A stretch of 64,000 bases of DNA from Auanema rhodensis (Eukaryota > Animalia > Nematoda). The position numbers were made by a program, and so were the translations under genes. The notes beneath the pieces are model-generated. The model saw nothing but the letters and a program-made list of their open reading frames with translations, had not been told where the DNA came from and did not search any database. Shown here piece after piece: positions 39,963 to 52,642 of this stretch. The stretch lies in contig OZ059899.1 of NCBI GenBank assembly GCA_964057225.1, positions 4,898,001 through 4,962,000 on the forward strand, in the 5' to 3' direction. The stretch's first letter is position 1, and each line of letters begins with the position of its first letter.

Positions 39963-42900
39963 CTAGCGGCGCTTCCTGCAAAAACGAACATATAGTAAGC
40001 TAAAGATGGAGAGAAGGACGTAGAAGGAGCATAGAAACGATCATTAAATGGGCTAGTAAAAGAGAGCCAGTAGTGGTAAGGAGGAACACTGACAGCAAAA
40101 AAATAAGAAAGATAGACAAAATACATAGAATTGCCGTGACATTCACATGCCTTCTGTTAGAACGACCTTGAACAGCAGAAGAGGTCTGCTTTTAGGTCGT
40201 TGCATAAAATGAGGGTTCAAAAAGAAGAGAAACGTACCAAATCCATTTAGCTCTGGCTCCTGGTTGATTTACTTTACTTCTTTCTTTCTTTCTTGGATCC
40301 AATGTCAAGAGACCAGCTGTAATTAACAACGTAACGAACATCCGAATGAACGCGATTTTTCATTTATCAGGTGAGGAAGAATGAGAGAAAACACGATGTA
40401 GACGTGAAATCATTTAAAACAAAGCAGATAAGCGATAGCGAAAGTAATTAGCAAAAGATATATATCAAAATGTCGTTTTCGTGTTACTCTGTGTGGATGT
40501 ATGCAATCCTAAGCATGCTTGTCCTCCAAGATCACAACAAGTCTCTTCTTCTACTCTTTTTCTATCTCTCCTAACGCCAATGCTTTACGCTGGATGAAGA
40601 AGAGCACATGAATAGCCATAATTCTTTGTTGAATCTTACATGCTTTGCAATTTAAACATATGCGGTTATGCCATGCTTCCTTTTAAAAAAGAATGAGAAG
40701 ACAGAAAAATGAAAGCAATCCGTGATTCTCGAGGGGAGCGTTAAGCTAGAACCGATCTTTAGCCGATGTGCTACTACGTTTTGCTCAAGGTCAGAGGAAC
40801 TAAAACTTCACGACGGAGGACTCGTTTACTGATTCCACAACGATCAAAAAGGCCGTGTAATATGACAAAGAACAACGAAATTTTTTGAAAATACTGATTT
40901 GCCTGTCATTTGTCAAAAATTTGTTGAGTTACGAAAATTTCAAAACTGTTAATTCTCATGGCCAGATTGAAACATATAATCATATTACTCAGCATAATCA
41001 AAAATCACGAAAGTAGGAAAGTCTCACGCACTCCCGGTTAAGCTTACGTGTAATTCATTTTGCAATTAGAAAAATCATTTTCCAGTAACTTACCTAGTCT
41101 TAGAGGTTCTGCTGTTTCTGGATAAAGAGCAGCGATACATAACGCAGTTCCATGGCGCACAGCTTTCGGCAGAGCAGTGGCTCCATCATTGACACAATTC
41201 GCTCTGACATCTACTCTTCCAAGAAGATTAGAAACAATCAATGGAGCCAAAAGGATTTCTCTGGAAAAAAGAAATGTATGCTTTGTGTTAATTTCTGGAT
41301 TATACAAATAGTTTAATAGATTATGTTCTTTAAATTTAGTTTTTGGTTTTTTTTCCATTTCAGAACTGATACCCGTATTTCCACTTTTCCCACATTGTTA
41401 CAAACGTATATTTCCCATGAAAGCTCTTCAGAAGCCACATTAAGCCTACACACTTTCTTCCAAAACATTATTTTAAAAGTTTTACCCAGCTCTTGTAGTC
41501 TTATCAGAAAATCTTGCATAAAATTGTTTGATCGGTTGAAAACGTCTGAGAACAATATGTTTGATGACAGCACGTCCAAAGTAAGCAAGAAACCAACAGC
41601 GTGTTCGACTTGTTTATCTGTTCACGTGGTGACAGGGTGGGCGCGCGTGCAAGTCGCGATGAGGTACGAAGAGTCAGAGCCCGAGCCGCAGCCACAACAT
41701 GCTTTGATGAGCAAGTAGTCTGAGGAAAACGCGCACTGGCCTGGGCTACGAGCAAAGCTTCATCTGTGTTGTGTTCGATTATATATATATATATATATGT
41801 TTGCAAATGGAACATATGAGAGGGTGAAAGAGAAAGAATATGAGACGAATGAGAACGAGAAAGACTTGAAATATATTAGTCGCAAAGCGAATATTATTCA
41901 AAACGAGTGACCGCATTCCGAACTAGTCCCATCTCTCGCATCTGATATATTCTCTACCAGACAACACATATGACGTATTAAAGGTTATTTCTCAGCAGCT
42001 ACTCAAATCCTCACAAGTGAGTCATCTTTAAACCGTTGTTGATGTCACAAGGAATAACAAGAGAACACAAACCCGCCATTTTGTGTCATTCAGAGTTTGA
42101 CCATCAGAAAACAAGTAACATAACACCGATCATATTCCGTTTCAACAGGGGCTTGAATATGAAAAAGGAAAATGTCTTTCCCAAAAGTGCAACTGAAATG
42201 AACGTGAACTCAATTTTCTTTTTTATTTTCCTCCACTAGAGAATAGATGGATGCATCTTGGATGATCTAGGTAGAGGAGAATTCATAGACTGTTAACCTC
42301 ACAAAAAATCGAACAGCTCATCGCCTGATGGAGAAAAATGTGATACCGAACACCCGAGCAGATGCAAACTCGCATACCCCATTAATGAAATCGTACAGCC
42401 AAATAATCTACCATGGTTTCCTCGTTCAGAAGGTTTGTTTATGTATGCGTATGTGGGTGGTCAAAGCAAAAAAAAACGAGAGAGAAACAAAGAAAGTGAG
42501 AGGGTGAGGGGAAAGACCGAGTGACCAAAACAAACGTCATAGCTGACGTTCTGCTATGGTCAAAAAGAATGCTCGAAGACCGATTGTTTATCTCACATAC
42601 AGCTAGATTCATTTTGCAAAACGGCCTAGAAGTAATGCGATGATTCCTCAGTACAATGTTAAATTCACATGCCTCTTGTTTGATTTCACCAGTGTGATTA
42701 ACTTAAGTGCTTTTTTGACTGAAAAAAACTAACCTGGCTAGAAGAGATCGGAAGTCATATAAGGCAAGGCCATCAACATCGAACTGGCCTGTACCTGCAT
42801 CAGCAACTGTAACGGTAGCAGTCGTGTTTTTACAATGTGTCCTTAAAAGAACATTGACATCAAAGATTAGAAAAGTTCAACTTTCACTCAAAAATTTTAA

Positions 42901-44172
42901 AAAAATGTATACCTGACGGTGGCAGTACGTCTATCTGATACTTGGCAAGTTACAACCTCGGGAATACGGGGTCCAAAAAGTTTCGATTCCGTAGTAGCAG
43001 CTAGAGGCTCTCTGAAAACTTTCATACAGTCTGAAAACATTGTCTGAGTCACCTATATTCATTGATGAACTTGGCTTCAATAGCGGATCCTGGAATGCTT
43101 GAAAAGTAATCCAAGGCCATCATAAGTTGAACATACTAGAAAAACAATTCAAAATTTTTCATTTCATAATAGTGCAAACCATTTCTGAGTTAATTTTTTC
43201 CTTAAGCTTTTTCTTCATTTTCTCTTCTGTCAACCATTGTGAGCCACTCAAATTTCTGTTAAAAACAAGTATCAATTGATAAAAAATAGAACATCATACA
43301 ATATTTGCATATCAGCAGAATTTGCATTGCCAAGTTCTGCTCTCTCATTGTAAAATCTAGTAACGTTCTGTGTTTTTACACCAATTTCCTTGAAAAAGAT
43401 AAAGTCTACGATCTATCTTAAAGCAATTTCGTACCGATAACAAAGAATAATAGTTAGGACTCAATGTGTAAAACCGACTTCCATTTGGTCTACCTTCTTC
43501 ATTGAAGGTAAATTGTTTGAACCTAAAATAATCTCAAGTTAGGAAGAAATTAGTTGAACTTCTAATTGATAATGCTATCTCCTGAAATTGGAAAACATTC
43601 AAGGTTTCTCTCATGATTTTCTGAGAAAATGATAACCATGTGAAAAGATCAGTTACAAAATTATTTTGCCGAATGAAATTTAGTAAGCGGTTGCATTAAA
43701 AAAAATTATTTTTCCTATAATGACCAAATGAACTTCAAAGGAGCAACACTTACTGAGGAATTATCTCATCAGGAGGACGCATAACAGGCCTAGCTTTTGG
43801 ATCAGATAAACCAGATGGAAACAGATATTCAATTGCACTAAATTATTTAAAATTAACTTTTTTTTCTATCACAATTTACCTATCAATATCTGATTGAGTC
43901 ATAGAATGGGGATCTAATGACATCATATTAGCTAGATGACGACGACCTAATTCAAAATCAGCACTAAAAATTTAGAAATCGGGTACTATAAAACTACACG
44001 CATCTAACCGTTCTCTATTCATCATAGCAACATGATCTTTACTATGCTTCAAATATGTTTCAAGCGCTTTTCCAATTTTTTTAAGCTTCTGATCACTTGT
44101 GTGCTCCGCTGACACTTCTGAACACAGAAGTCTAACAGAAGGAATCACACCTCTGGAAGCCCGGGTAATCAT
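39963..44172 (-). CDS. mrps-9: Mitochondrial ribosomal protein S9
   Basis: GRRHLANMM, AIEYLFPSGL, REILLAPL..VDVRA..ALPKAVRHG, AGLLTLDPRKKERSKVNQPGARAKWIW|KRR*. The last three introns are long. Confidence 0.92.
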
Positions 44173-44554
44173 GACGGCTTTACCTTTGGAACAATATAAT
44201 TAAAACTAATTACAAAGAAAAACTGATATAAGAACGATGAAACGTAAAAAGAAAATAGGCAATGTTCCTTTATAAACAGGAAGAATGTTTTATCAAGAAT
44301 TATTGGGCAGTTAAGCCATTCCAAATTGGGATTAAATCACATAACAATCATATATGTAAACGATAATCTCTACTACACTATTATACAACAATTATAGAAC
44401 GCATAAGACAACAGTTTCTCATATTGAATAAAGCGAAATATTATACTATTGATACTCGTAAGGAATTTAATAAAAAGCATATGTCTGATATGAATAGAAA
44501 TATGAAAATCATCTAGTTTTTGTGAGTATAAATAAATAAGCATGCAGAAAACAG

Positions 44555-47500
44555 CTATATATGAACAAGAGGTGTAGGTTGTCCGCCCGTTTGAATGAAA
44601 TTTATAGTAAAAAGGAACTTTGTTCTATCTGCAAAGTGTTTGAAAGAAACACAAAACCCTGCCATTTTATCACGATAGTTGGTAGAATTAACAACGAAGA
44701 AAGTCGATGAATTGGGATACGGAGCCTGAAATAAAGAGATATATATTGTTTTGGCAATACCAAACAGACTTTTCTGCACGCTTCTGCACCGCTATACCAC
44801 ACTAGGCCATGCAGGTCCCATTCTTTCCAATTTTTGTCTCCTTTAACAGCAATGACTTTTTCCCCTCGTTCAACTTTAAGCTCGCAAGATTTAAACGTTT
44901 TGGTACCAGGTTCAGCTATTTTAACTTTACCACTGAAGGGGGTCTAAGATCAAAACATTAGCGATGAAGAAAAATACATTAAACTCACAATATCATTATA
45001 TTGACTTTCCGGTTCTTCATGATCAAAAAGTAGAAAGCCATCACTGCAATTCCAAGGAATCCATCTATTGACTACGATTTCCGACAATTTCTCAGCTGGA
45101 TGTAACTTCCGCCTCAAACAAGAATCTCGAAGTACCTATAAACAAATCAGTAAAAATACATAAAAAACCTCTACTAACTTCGTAAATAGCATATTTCCCA
45201 TCAATTGACCCTGTGAAACCACGTTTAGCAACTGCTTCACGGCAAACTTCTTCAGCAGCAAGATCCGCTTGAACATTAAATGAAATATTTTCTCTTTCCC
45301 ATAGATGAATTGGAATAAGTAAACCATTTGCTCTGCCCTGGAAAAAGTCAGAAATTATCCGAGAAATATATATTTTCCTTGGAATTACTTTGTTTTGAGG
45401 AGTTGCTGCTTTCTTGGCACTTTCTAGCATAACTCGACTCAATTCTTCCCGCATAGTAAGCTTAAATTTGAATCTTATACACGAGAGCATAAACAGTAAT
45501 ACCTCGAAAATTTTATCGAATTCAACTATTAAAGTTGCGATAACAGATATTTGTTTTGAATTGTCTTTGAAACACATCTCACTTTCTGAATCAGTGTGAA
45601 AAAGCGAAGGTCCAAAAACCTTTGCTAAATTATCAAAGCTTGCTTTGTTTCCGCCACAGTTATTCGAAACTTCTCTGGAAATAAATTTATGAGGATATTA
45701 ATTAGATAAATCATACTTCAAATGGGACATTAGCTTTCTTAAAGTACTAAGATATACACATGGAAGAGTATGTATGATTTTCCGGAACTCTTCAGTGCGG
45801 CTCTCTTGAGCTGATGTCACTAAAAGAGAAAAATGAATTGGAATCAACTTTTTTTCAGCCCACAAGCATCAAATAGTTGAGAGTGAACTTCAACTGGGAA
45901 TAAAGGTGTAGGCAATTTTCTGAAAAATTGTCTAAGAACATCAGCAACTGCATACACTGTTTCATCTGTTGCTGGTAAAAGATGAGTTCCGGCAGGATCT
46001 GTAGGACAAGTTACCAATTAAATATATCAAAAACACTTACCTTCAAGCAATTTATTCATTATATCTTTAGCTTCTGATATCTTTCCATTTCTTCGATATA
46101 TTCCCTCAGATGACATACCATAAACGGATATAAATCGAATACATTTATCAACAATCTAGAGCACTTATATGAAACTGTTTATAGTAAAAGGAGCATTACC
46201 ATCGGCACATTATCAGAAGTCAAACGATATTCATCAAGATTTGATGGAGTTGCGCAGATTGCCTTATTCAGTGCGTCAAACCATTTGTTTGTACATGTTT
46301 CATCTTCGCACTCGAAATATAAGGAACTAAAAAAAAGTTCAAAATAATAATATAAATGGTACAAGAATACCATCCATCCAATGTTAGCATAAAAGCTCCT
46401 CTTGTTTTCTTTTTAATTCGAGGACACCATTGACACTTATTCACCCGTTCACGCACGCCTAATACCTGAAACCAAAATGATGAAGCGTTTTTTTATTTCA
46501 ATTAGTCACTTTTCTCAAATCAAGTTCGTATATGTATTCCGGAGAATCACGAATTACATATTGAAACGATTTTTCCGCGAAGCAACATATAGCCAGTTGC
46601 CATTCTGCAGCAGAGCCTTGAAAATATTTCAAGTAAAAAAACGGAAAAAAACTGAATAAAACCATGACGAAGCCAAATCATTCCACAAGTTTGAACTGCT
46701 TTCACACTTCCTTTTAATATACTACAGTCTGACACCCAACACTTAAAAGATAGAAATTTCTAAATATTTTATAGAAATAAAAAAAACGAACCTCTCCTAA
46801 TAAGAAAGTCCAAGTATCAGAAAAACTTTCCACAGTAAAAGTTATACTTTTTTGAGCTTCCATTTCATTTAATCGAATATATATTACATCATCCTCACGA
46901 GAAATAATTTGACATTCTGGGATATGGAACGGACCGGAGAGTAAGTCATTTGTCTTAAAGAGAATGTTTATAATGTTAAAATTGTACAATATAATCAATT
47001 GTACCTCGTCATCCTCATGGAAAGATAAATTCATATCTTTTAAACGAGCATGAGCTTTTTTCCTTTCTTTTTTCCCAACATGTATCGATACAAAACCAAA
47101 AAATGATATTGCCGTTCCACAAATTTCAACTTCATTACTTTCTTCTGTAAAAATATTTTGATTAAGTGGATAGTGATATAAATCTTACGCAGAGAGATTG
47201 GACGTTCATCTTCTTTGAAATCCTGAAGAGAATTTGTCAAAGATTTACGTAGAAAGTTCACCCTAAAGCATATTCAATAAATAAATCTAAGAGAATGAAA
47301 AGAAACATTTTTGGAGTGGGAGTATATGTATTACAAACTGAAGATCTTGAAGAGTTTGATGATGGTAATTTCAAATCTAATATACTAGTTGAAAGATTAC
47401 TAAATGCAGGGTCGTCATGATATTCTACAAGTTTAGAATATAGATAAAATAATAAAACAATAGAAACCTATCGTTGGCTCTACAGACAAAGGGGAACTAC

Positions 47501-48447
47501 TCCTAGATTCTGACGCAACTGATTCAACATTTCTGAATATTTGGTTGAATATAACAACCACTTCTAATATATACCTTCTTGGGCTCACTGGACTACCAAG
47601 TGAACAAAACCCTGAAGTTGCTGTAGAGGAAGAAGCTAAATGTCGAAACTGTTCTAAAGACATATAAGCTGAGTTTTCGATGACTCTTGACGCTTCTTTT
47701 TCACTTAAATTACTAAAATCAGAATAAAAACAGATAAAAACGATTAATTTTACCTTGGCGTAGTCAAGATATTGAAAAATTGTTCATTCGAAACTGTGGC
47801 ATTTGAACTATCATTTCGATGAGGTGGAGGGGGCGAATCAAAATTTGGAGCTGATGGTTGTCGAGCCGGCTCTGTATTATAATAAACTGGAGACAACGAT
47901 TCTTTTCTGAGTAATTTTGGAGCGTTTCCGGGAGGAGGTGGGGCTACCCGAGTTGTGTTATTCTGGGGCTGTAATAGCAATTTGAATATACTAATTTTAA
48001 ATTCATTACTACATCAACATTCCATCCAATAGGTGGTGAGCGCGGAGTTGGTGGTGCTGGTCTCCCTGGTGTAGGAACTTTAACATCGAGATCCGACCCA
48101 CTCCGCTCTGAATAATTAATACTTGAATGATTCATAATGTTTATAACATACTATACTCGTCAAGACCTGCTTCTTTAAAAGGATATAAATTCGAAGTGCT
48201 TGTTGAGGACACATTGGTTTCTGCATAAACATCAACCGATGAATTGTCCCCTATCTAAAAATATTTCAAATAAAATTTTTTAAAATGCTGAAGAAAAAGC
48301 TATACACATAGAAAACAAAAAAAGCGCAGAAATATTTAACAAAACCTGAGCTGGAATTACTTCTTGATTTTGTGGCTTCACGCTTTTTACAACATTAAGT
48401 CGCGTACGTGGTTTAGGAACAGGAGGAACAACCGTGGTATTCATCAT
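44555..48447 (-). CDS. ARAP-like RhoGAP (Pro-rich N-terminus, PH, RhoGAP, RA-like, PH-like)
   Basis: VPMIVDKCIRFISVYGMSSEGIYRRNG (arginine finger), VADVLRQFFRKLPTPLF, NKASFDNLAKVFGPSLF. PH end LYFECEDETCTNKWFDALNKA; RA-like AEEVCREAV..YAIYEV..RRKLHPAE. Confidence 0.85.
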
Positions 48448-50223
48448 TCGAAATAATTTTCTAACATCCCAATGAGCAAAACTGAAAATATAAAAGTAAG
48501 AAAAATAAAAATGATCATCTAAAAGCCGATAGCAAAAGAACATGATTTATACAGCACGGGATATTATCTATAGTTGATATGAAAATTAGTTATAAAATTG
48601 AAATTGTTATTGAAAACGGAAAAACTCAAAGGATGATTAAATGATTTTCTTATGAATTATAGAATATTGATGAATACAAGCTTTCCGTATAATGTATTTG
48701 TCATTTCGACAACAGTTGTGTTAAGTGTACGCAATGAGTCATAGTTATTTCTGTGACTTCGATTAGGATACAGTGATAATTAATTAAAAGGAAGAGTACT
48801 GTTATATTTGATTATAGAACATAAATATAATTGTTTGTTAATATTACTGAAAATATCTTAAACATGAAAGTCAAATTTGTGTTAATAATGGCTCTCACGA
48901 TATTTCCTTCCTTGACATACCAAATAAGGCTAGGGAAGTAGAAAAGTTTGTAAAGAGGTCCTCTGCATCAGGTATTACGGGTAGGTTGGTGTATGACTGT
49001 CTGTTCTGTCTATTTACCAAATTGACGACTTAAAAATGAACTCATGTTAAACGGGATAGAATCTAGAGAGAGAATGTAAGAGACCCCTGATGATTCATCA
49101 GAAACTAACCGAAGTTTCTGCTGGGAATTAAGAAAGAAAACATGTTCAATCAGCTACTATTCTAAGTTCAAAAACAACTTTAAGCTCTATGTTGAGATCT
49201 GTAACATGAATTAATATACAATTTTGTATTTATGCCATACTTAGATATCATTTTACAAAAAGGCTAAATGTCAAATTGATGGAGAAAAAACAAAAAAAAG
49301 TTCTGATCGTTGATGATGAACGCAAAACCACATGGCTTCCCTTTCAAAGCATTAAAGCATTAGAAACTATTTCTGTTATTAAAGATTTAGATAGGTACGA
49401 ATTGGAGTTTTTAATTCTAGCTATAAAAATAAAATATTTTTAATAGTGCAAACAGAATATTATGGAAATTGTATAATTATAAGAAAGTTTATTTACAGTT
49501 CAATTTGTTTATGTCAAATCGTTTCAAAAATAAGGTGAAGAAACAATCTTTTCAAAGAGGTTGCATTATCAACTACAAATAATCTTTTATCAAGATATTC
49601 GGTTTGTTATCATTTCATTTCAACAAGAATGGGAAATTCGCCTTTACTTCCAACGGTGAAATCAGATTCTACGTTGGTGTATAATTCTATTTTACCATTC
49701 TATGAAAATAAAAATTTTGAGGCAAGTTTCTCTTAATTATTTGGATTCTCACAAAGACAAACCAGAAAATCTTTTTTTCTTTCAAAAGATTCAAAAAAAA
49801 AAGAATCATTCATTTTGAGTAGAAGAAGATTCATTTTCGCATTAAAAACTATATTTAAAGTTTTTATATATTTTGCAATGAATTGATAAGGCGTTTCATA
49901 AAATTTTTCTGTTATATTCAACATTAATCATAGTTTCTTTATAATTTTCAATTTTTTTTAGTTGCACGCATTTGAACCTTGTCGTTTAACATATCGTAAT
50001 GTTCTCAGGCCAGCTTATGTATGTATATGTTCAGATTTGTCTGAAAAAAAAACTGTAATTGATATAATAGAATTACGTTCACCTAAAGGAAAGAAAATAA
50101 TTAATGTAATAGAATCAATGTGAGTTATTTTTATTAATATTTTAAGTAATAATAACTCTTTTAAGTAATAAACAATGTTTGAGCAATAATTTCATTGTTG
50201 ATAATCGTTTAACTATTGGAACG

Positions 50224-52109
50224 ATGAATGGTCCTATGATTATTCAATTTCAGAACGAAGTTTCAAGTCAGCAGATCAATGAAGCTTTAAGTAAATATTC
50301 ATTTTCCAATGCATATAATCGTTAGTTTCTAATTGAAGATAATTTTCAATCTAACCAAGGAGAACTAGCTCCACTACCACCACCACGAAATGCCTCTCTT
50401 CAAAATAAAACTCAACTTGTCAGGCCACTAAATCAAACTTTCATTGATCCTACAACTTTTCACCCAACGAAGTTAAAGCCGACAGCCCCACCTATGGAAG
50501 AAAATGATATTAAAAATAGAGATCTTAATTTACCTAAAAGATTGAAAACCCCAGGTTTGAATAACTAATTTAAACAATTTTATATCAAATACGATTTACA
50601 GCCCCGAAAGCGCCAATAAAAGAAGATCATGTTATAGAATTAGAAGTCAAATTTCGACAGAATACTGATAATACTAAAAGAGAATATATTCCTAATATAA
50701 ACAATATTGTGATATCACCTGTAAATAAAGAATTGAAGGAAGAAGAGGAGCAAAACAAGAAAGAAGCTGAGACTCCAGTACTTGACAAAATGATAAAAAG
50801 AGGTATGAAGAAATTATTTAATTAGTTGTTATACGATTTTGAATTATTTCAGTAATTAAAACGAATAGAAGAGCGTCCATAAATCTTGAAGAGTTAAATG
50901 AAACTGAAATATTTTATAAATCAGATTTAAAGAATGAACGAATACTGGCGAAAGGTGGTCAAGGAGTTGTATCATTTGCTAAAACTAAATTTTATCCGTG
51001 AGCATTTTTATTAAAGACAACTTGTTTTAAAATTTTCATTTGTAGGAAAATTGCCGTTAAGTATTTCTCAAGGATACAAAAATATGCAGATTATAACAAA
51101 AAGGAGTTTCTATTACTTAAATCAGTAATTATTTTATTTTTTAATGAAAATTTTTGAAAATGACTTTCAGCTTCGTTTTCCTCAAATTGTCCAGTATTAT
51201 GGAATTTTATATGATGATGAAAGTCATCGATTAACTAAAAAAGCTCCTTTAGGATTTGTAATGGAATATATGAGTGGAGGAAGTTTACATAATAGTTAAT
51301 TTTAATTTTTTTTTAATGAAGTAATGTCGTTTCTATAGTTATTCATGATAGACCTGCATTGTCATATACGGGTGTTGAGGTATTGAACTGGATACGTCAA
51401 GCTTCATCAGGAATTAACTTCCTGCATAAACATAAAGTAATTCATAGGGATATTAAACCGGCAAAGTGATTTTTCATCAAGTTAATATTCTTAAATAGCT
51501 TAATTACAGCATGCTGGTAAATAGAACTCGAACTATTCTTAAAATTTGTGATTTAGGACTGTCATCGGATATGGAATATGCCAATACGGCTGAGTAAGAA
51601 ATTTGATTTCCTAGTATATTCACTTACAAAATATGAAATTGCTTCCAGCATTGGGACGTTTTATTATATTGCACCGGAAGTTTTAGGACAACCTCTTCAA
51701 AACATCAAATATGACAATAAATGTGACGTGTACAGTCTTGCTATATCAATGTGGGAAATGATTCATCGAAGGTACAACATTTAATGTCCCTTATCATCTT
51801 GCCCCACACCCAGTACGATTTAACATTTTTTTCAGTGTTCCATATTCGGATAAAAAACGGTCATTCATAGGATTATTGGATGAGATAAGAAAAAATGATC
51901 TACGTCCAAAAATTCAATTAAATATCTGCCCAACTAGACTTATTACAATTATAGAACAGTGAGTAATTTTACTTTAACTTAAAAAAAGTGATTTTTTGCT
52001 TAGATCGTGGAATCGAGATCCTGCAAAACGACTTACTATGGAGAATATTTTTGATTTTTGTATAAACCAATTAGAAAAAATACCTGATAGTTATGATATA
52101 TACTGGTGA
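50224..52109 (+). CDS. TKL-group (TAK1/MOM-4-like) protein kinase, divergent
   Basis: AKGGQGVV, IAVK, VMEYMSGGSL, IHRDIKPAN, LKICDLG, GTFYYIAPEV, KCDVYS..MWEM, W..DPAKR. Confidence 0.85.
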
Positions 52110-52642
52110 ACAAGGGCTTTTAATAAAATTTTCTATACTACAACGAGTTCATGAAGCTGATAATCGTATGCATGAGCCATATTCGTATAAATATCTGTTC
52201 ATATTGTATGAATGCAAATCACATGAATAACGAATGTTTCAACGAGTGAACGAGCAAAAAGATCGGAACTTCAAAAACGAAGGAGAAATTACGACACACA
52301 TATTGAAAATCAATCTGTGTTTTCAGACCAATTATGAAAAAGAGAACAACTGAATTTTGCATTAAAACTTTTTTCAATATTTTTATTTTAATTGCCAATA
52401 AAGGATATATGTAAAATAATAATACTATCAACCATTAAACATGTATTTAATATTTGATACACGTGAAACATTTTATAAATGTACGTGATTTAGTAGTACG
52501 TAGTAATCCGTCTGTTGGTCTGCTTTCACTGATTTGTAGGTTTCACCTATGGTTCTTCCTTTGATTGTTTCATATTTGATTCAAATATTCTAATTAAATT
52601 TTTTTTTCAACACATTTACTGTTTAGGCTTTAATAATTTGAA

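Noticed and set aside
40862-40945. AT-rich inverted repeats as a MITE
   Set aside because: Short, imperfect and AT-only; no TSD or second copy in the window.
41441-41448. TAAGCCTA (also TAAGCCTAA near 29550) as a telomerase RNA template
   Set aside because: The first is antisense to its host with no pseudoknot or H/ACA context; the second lies in a ~45-nt intron, too small to hold the RNA.
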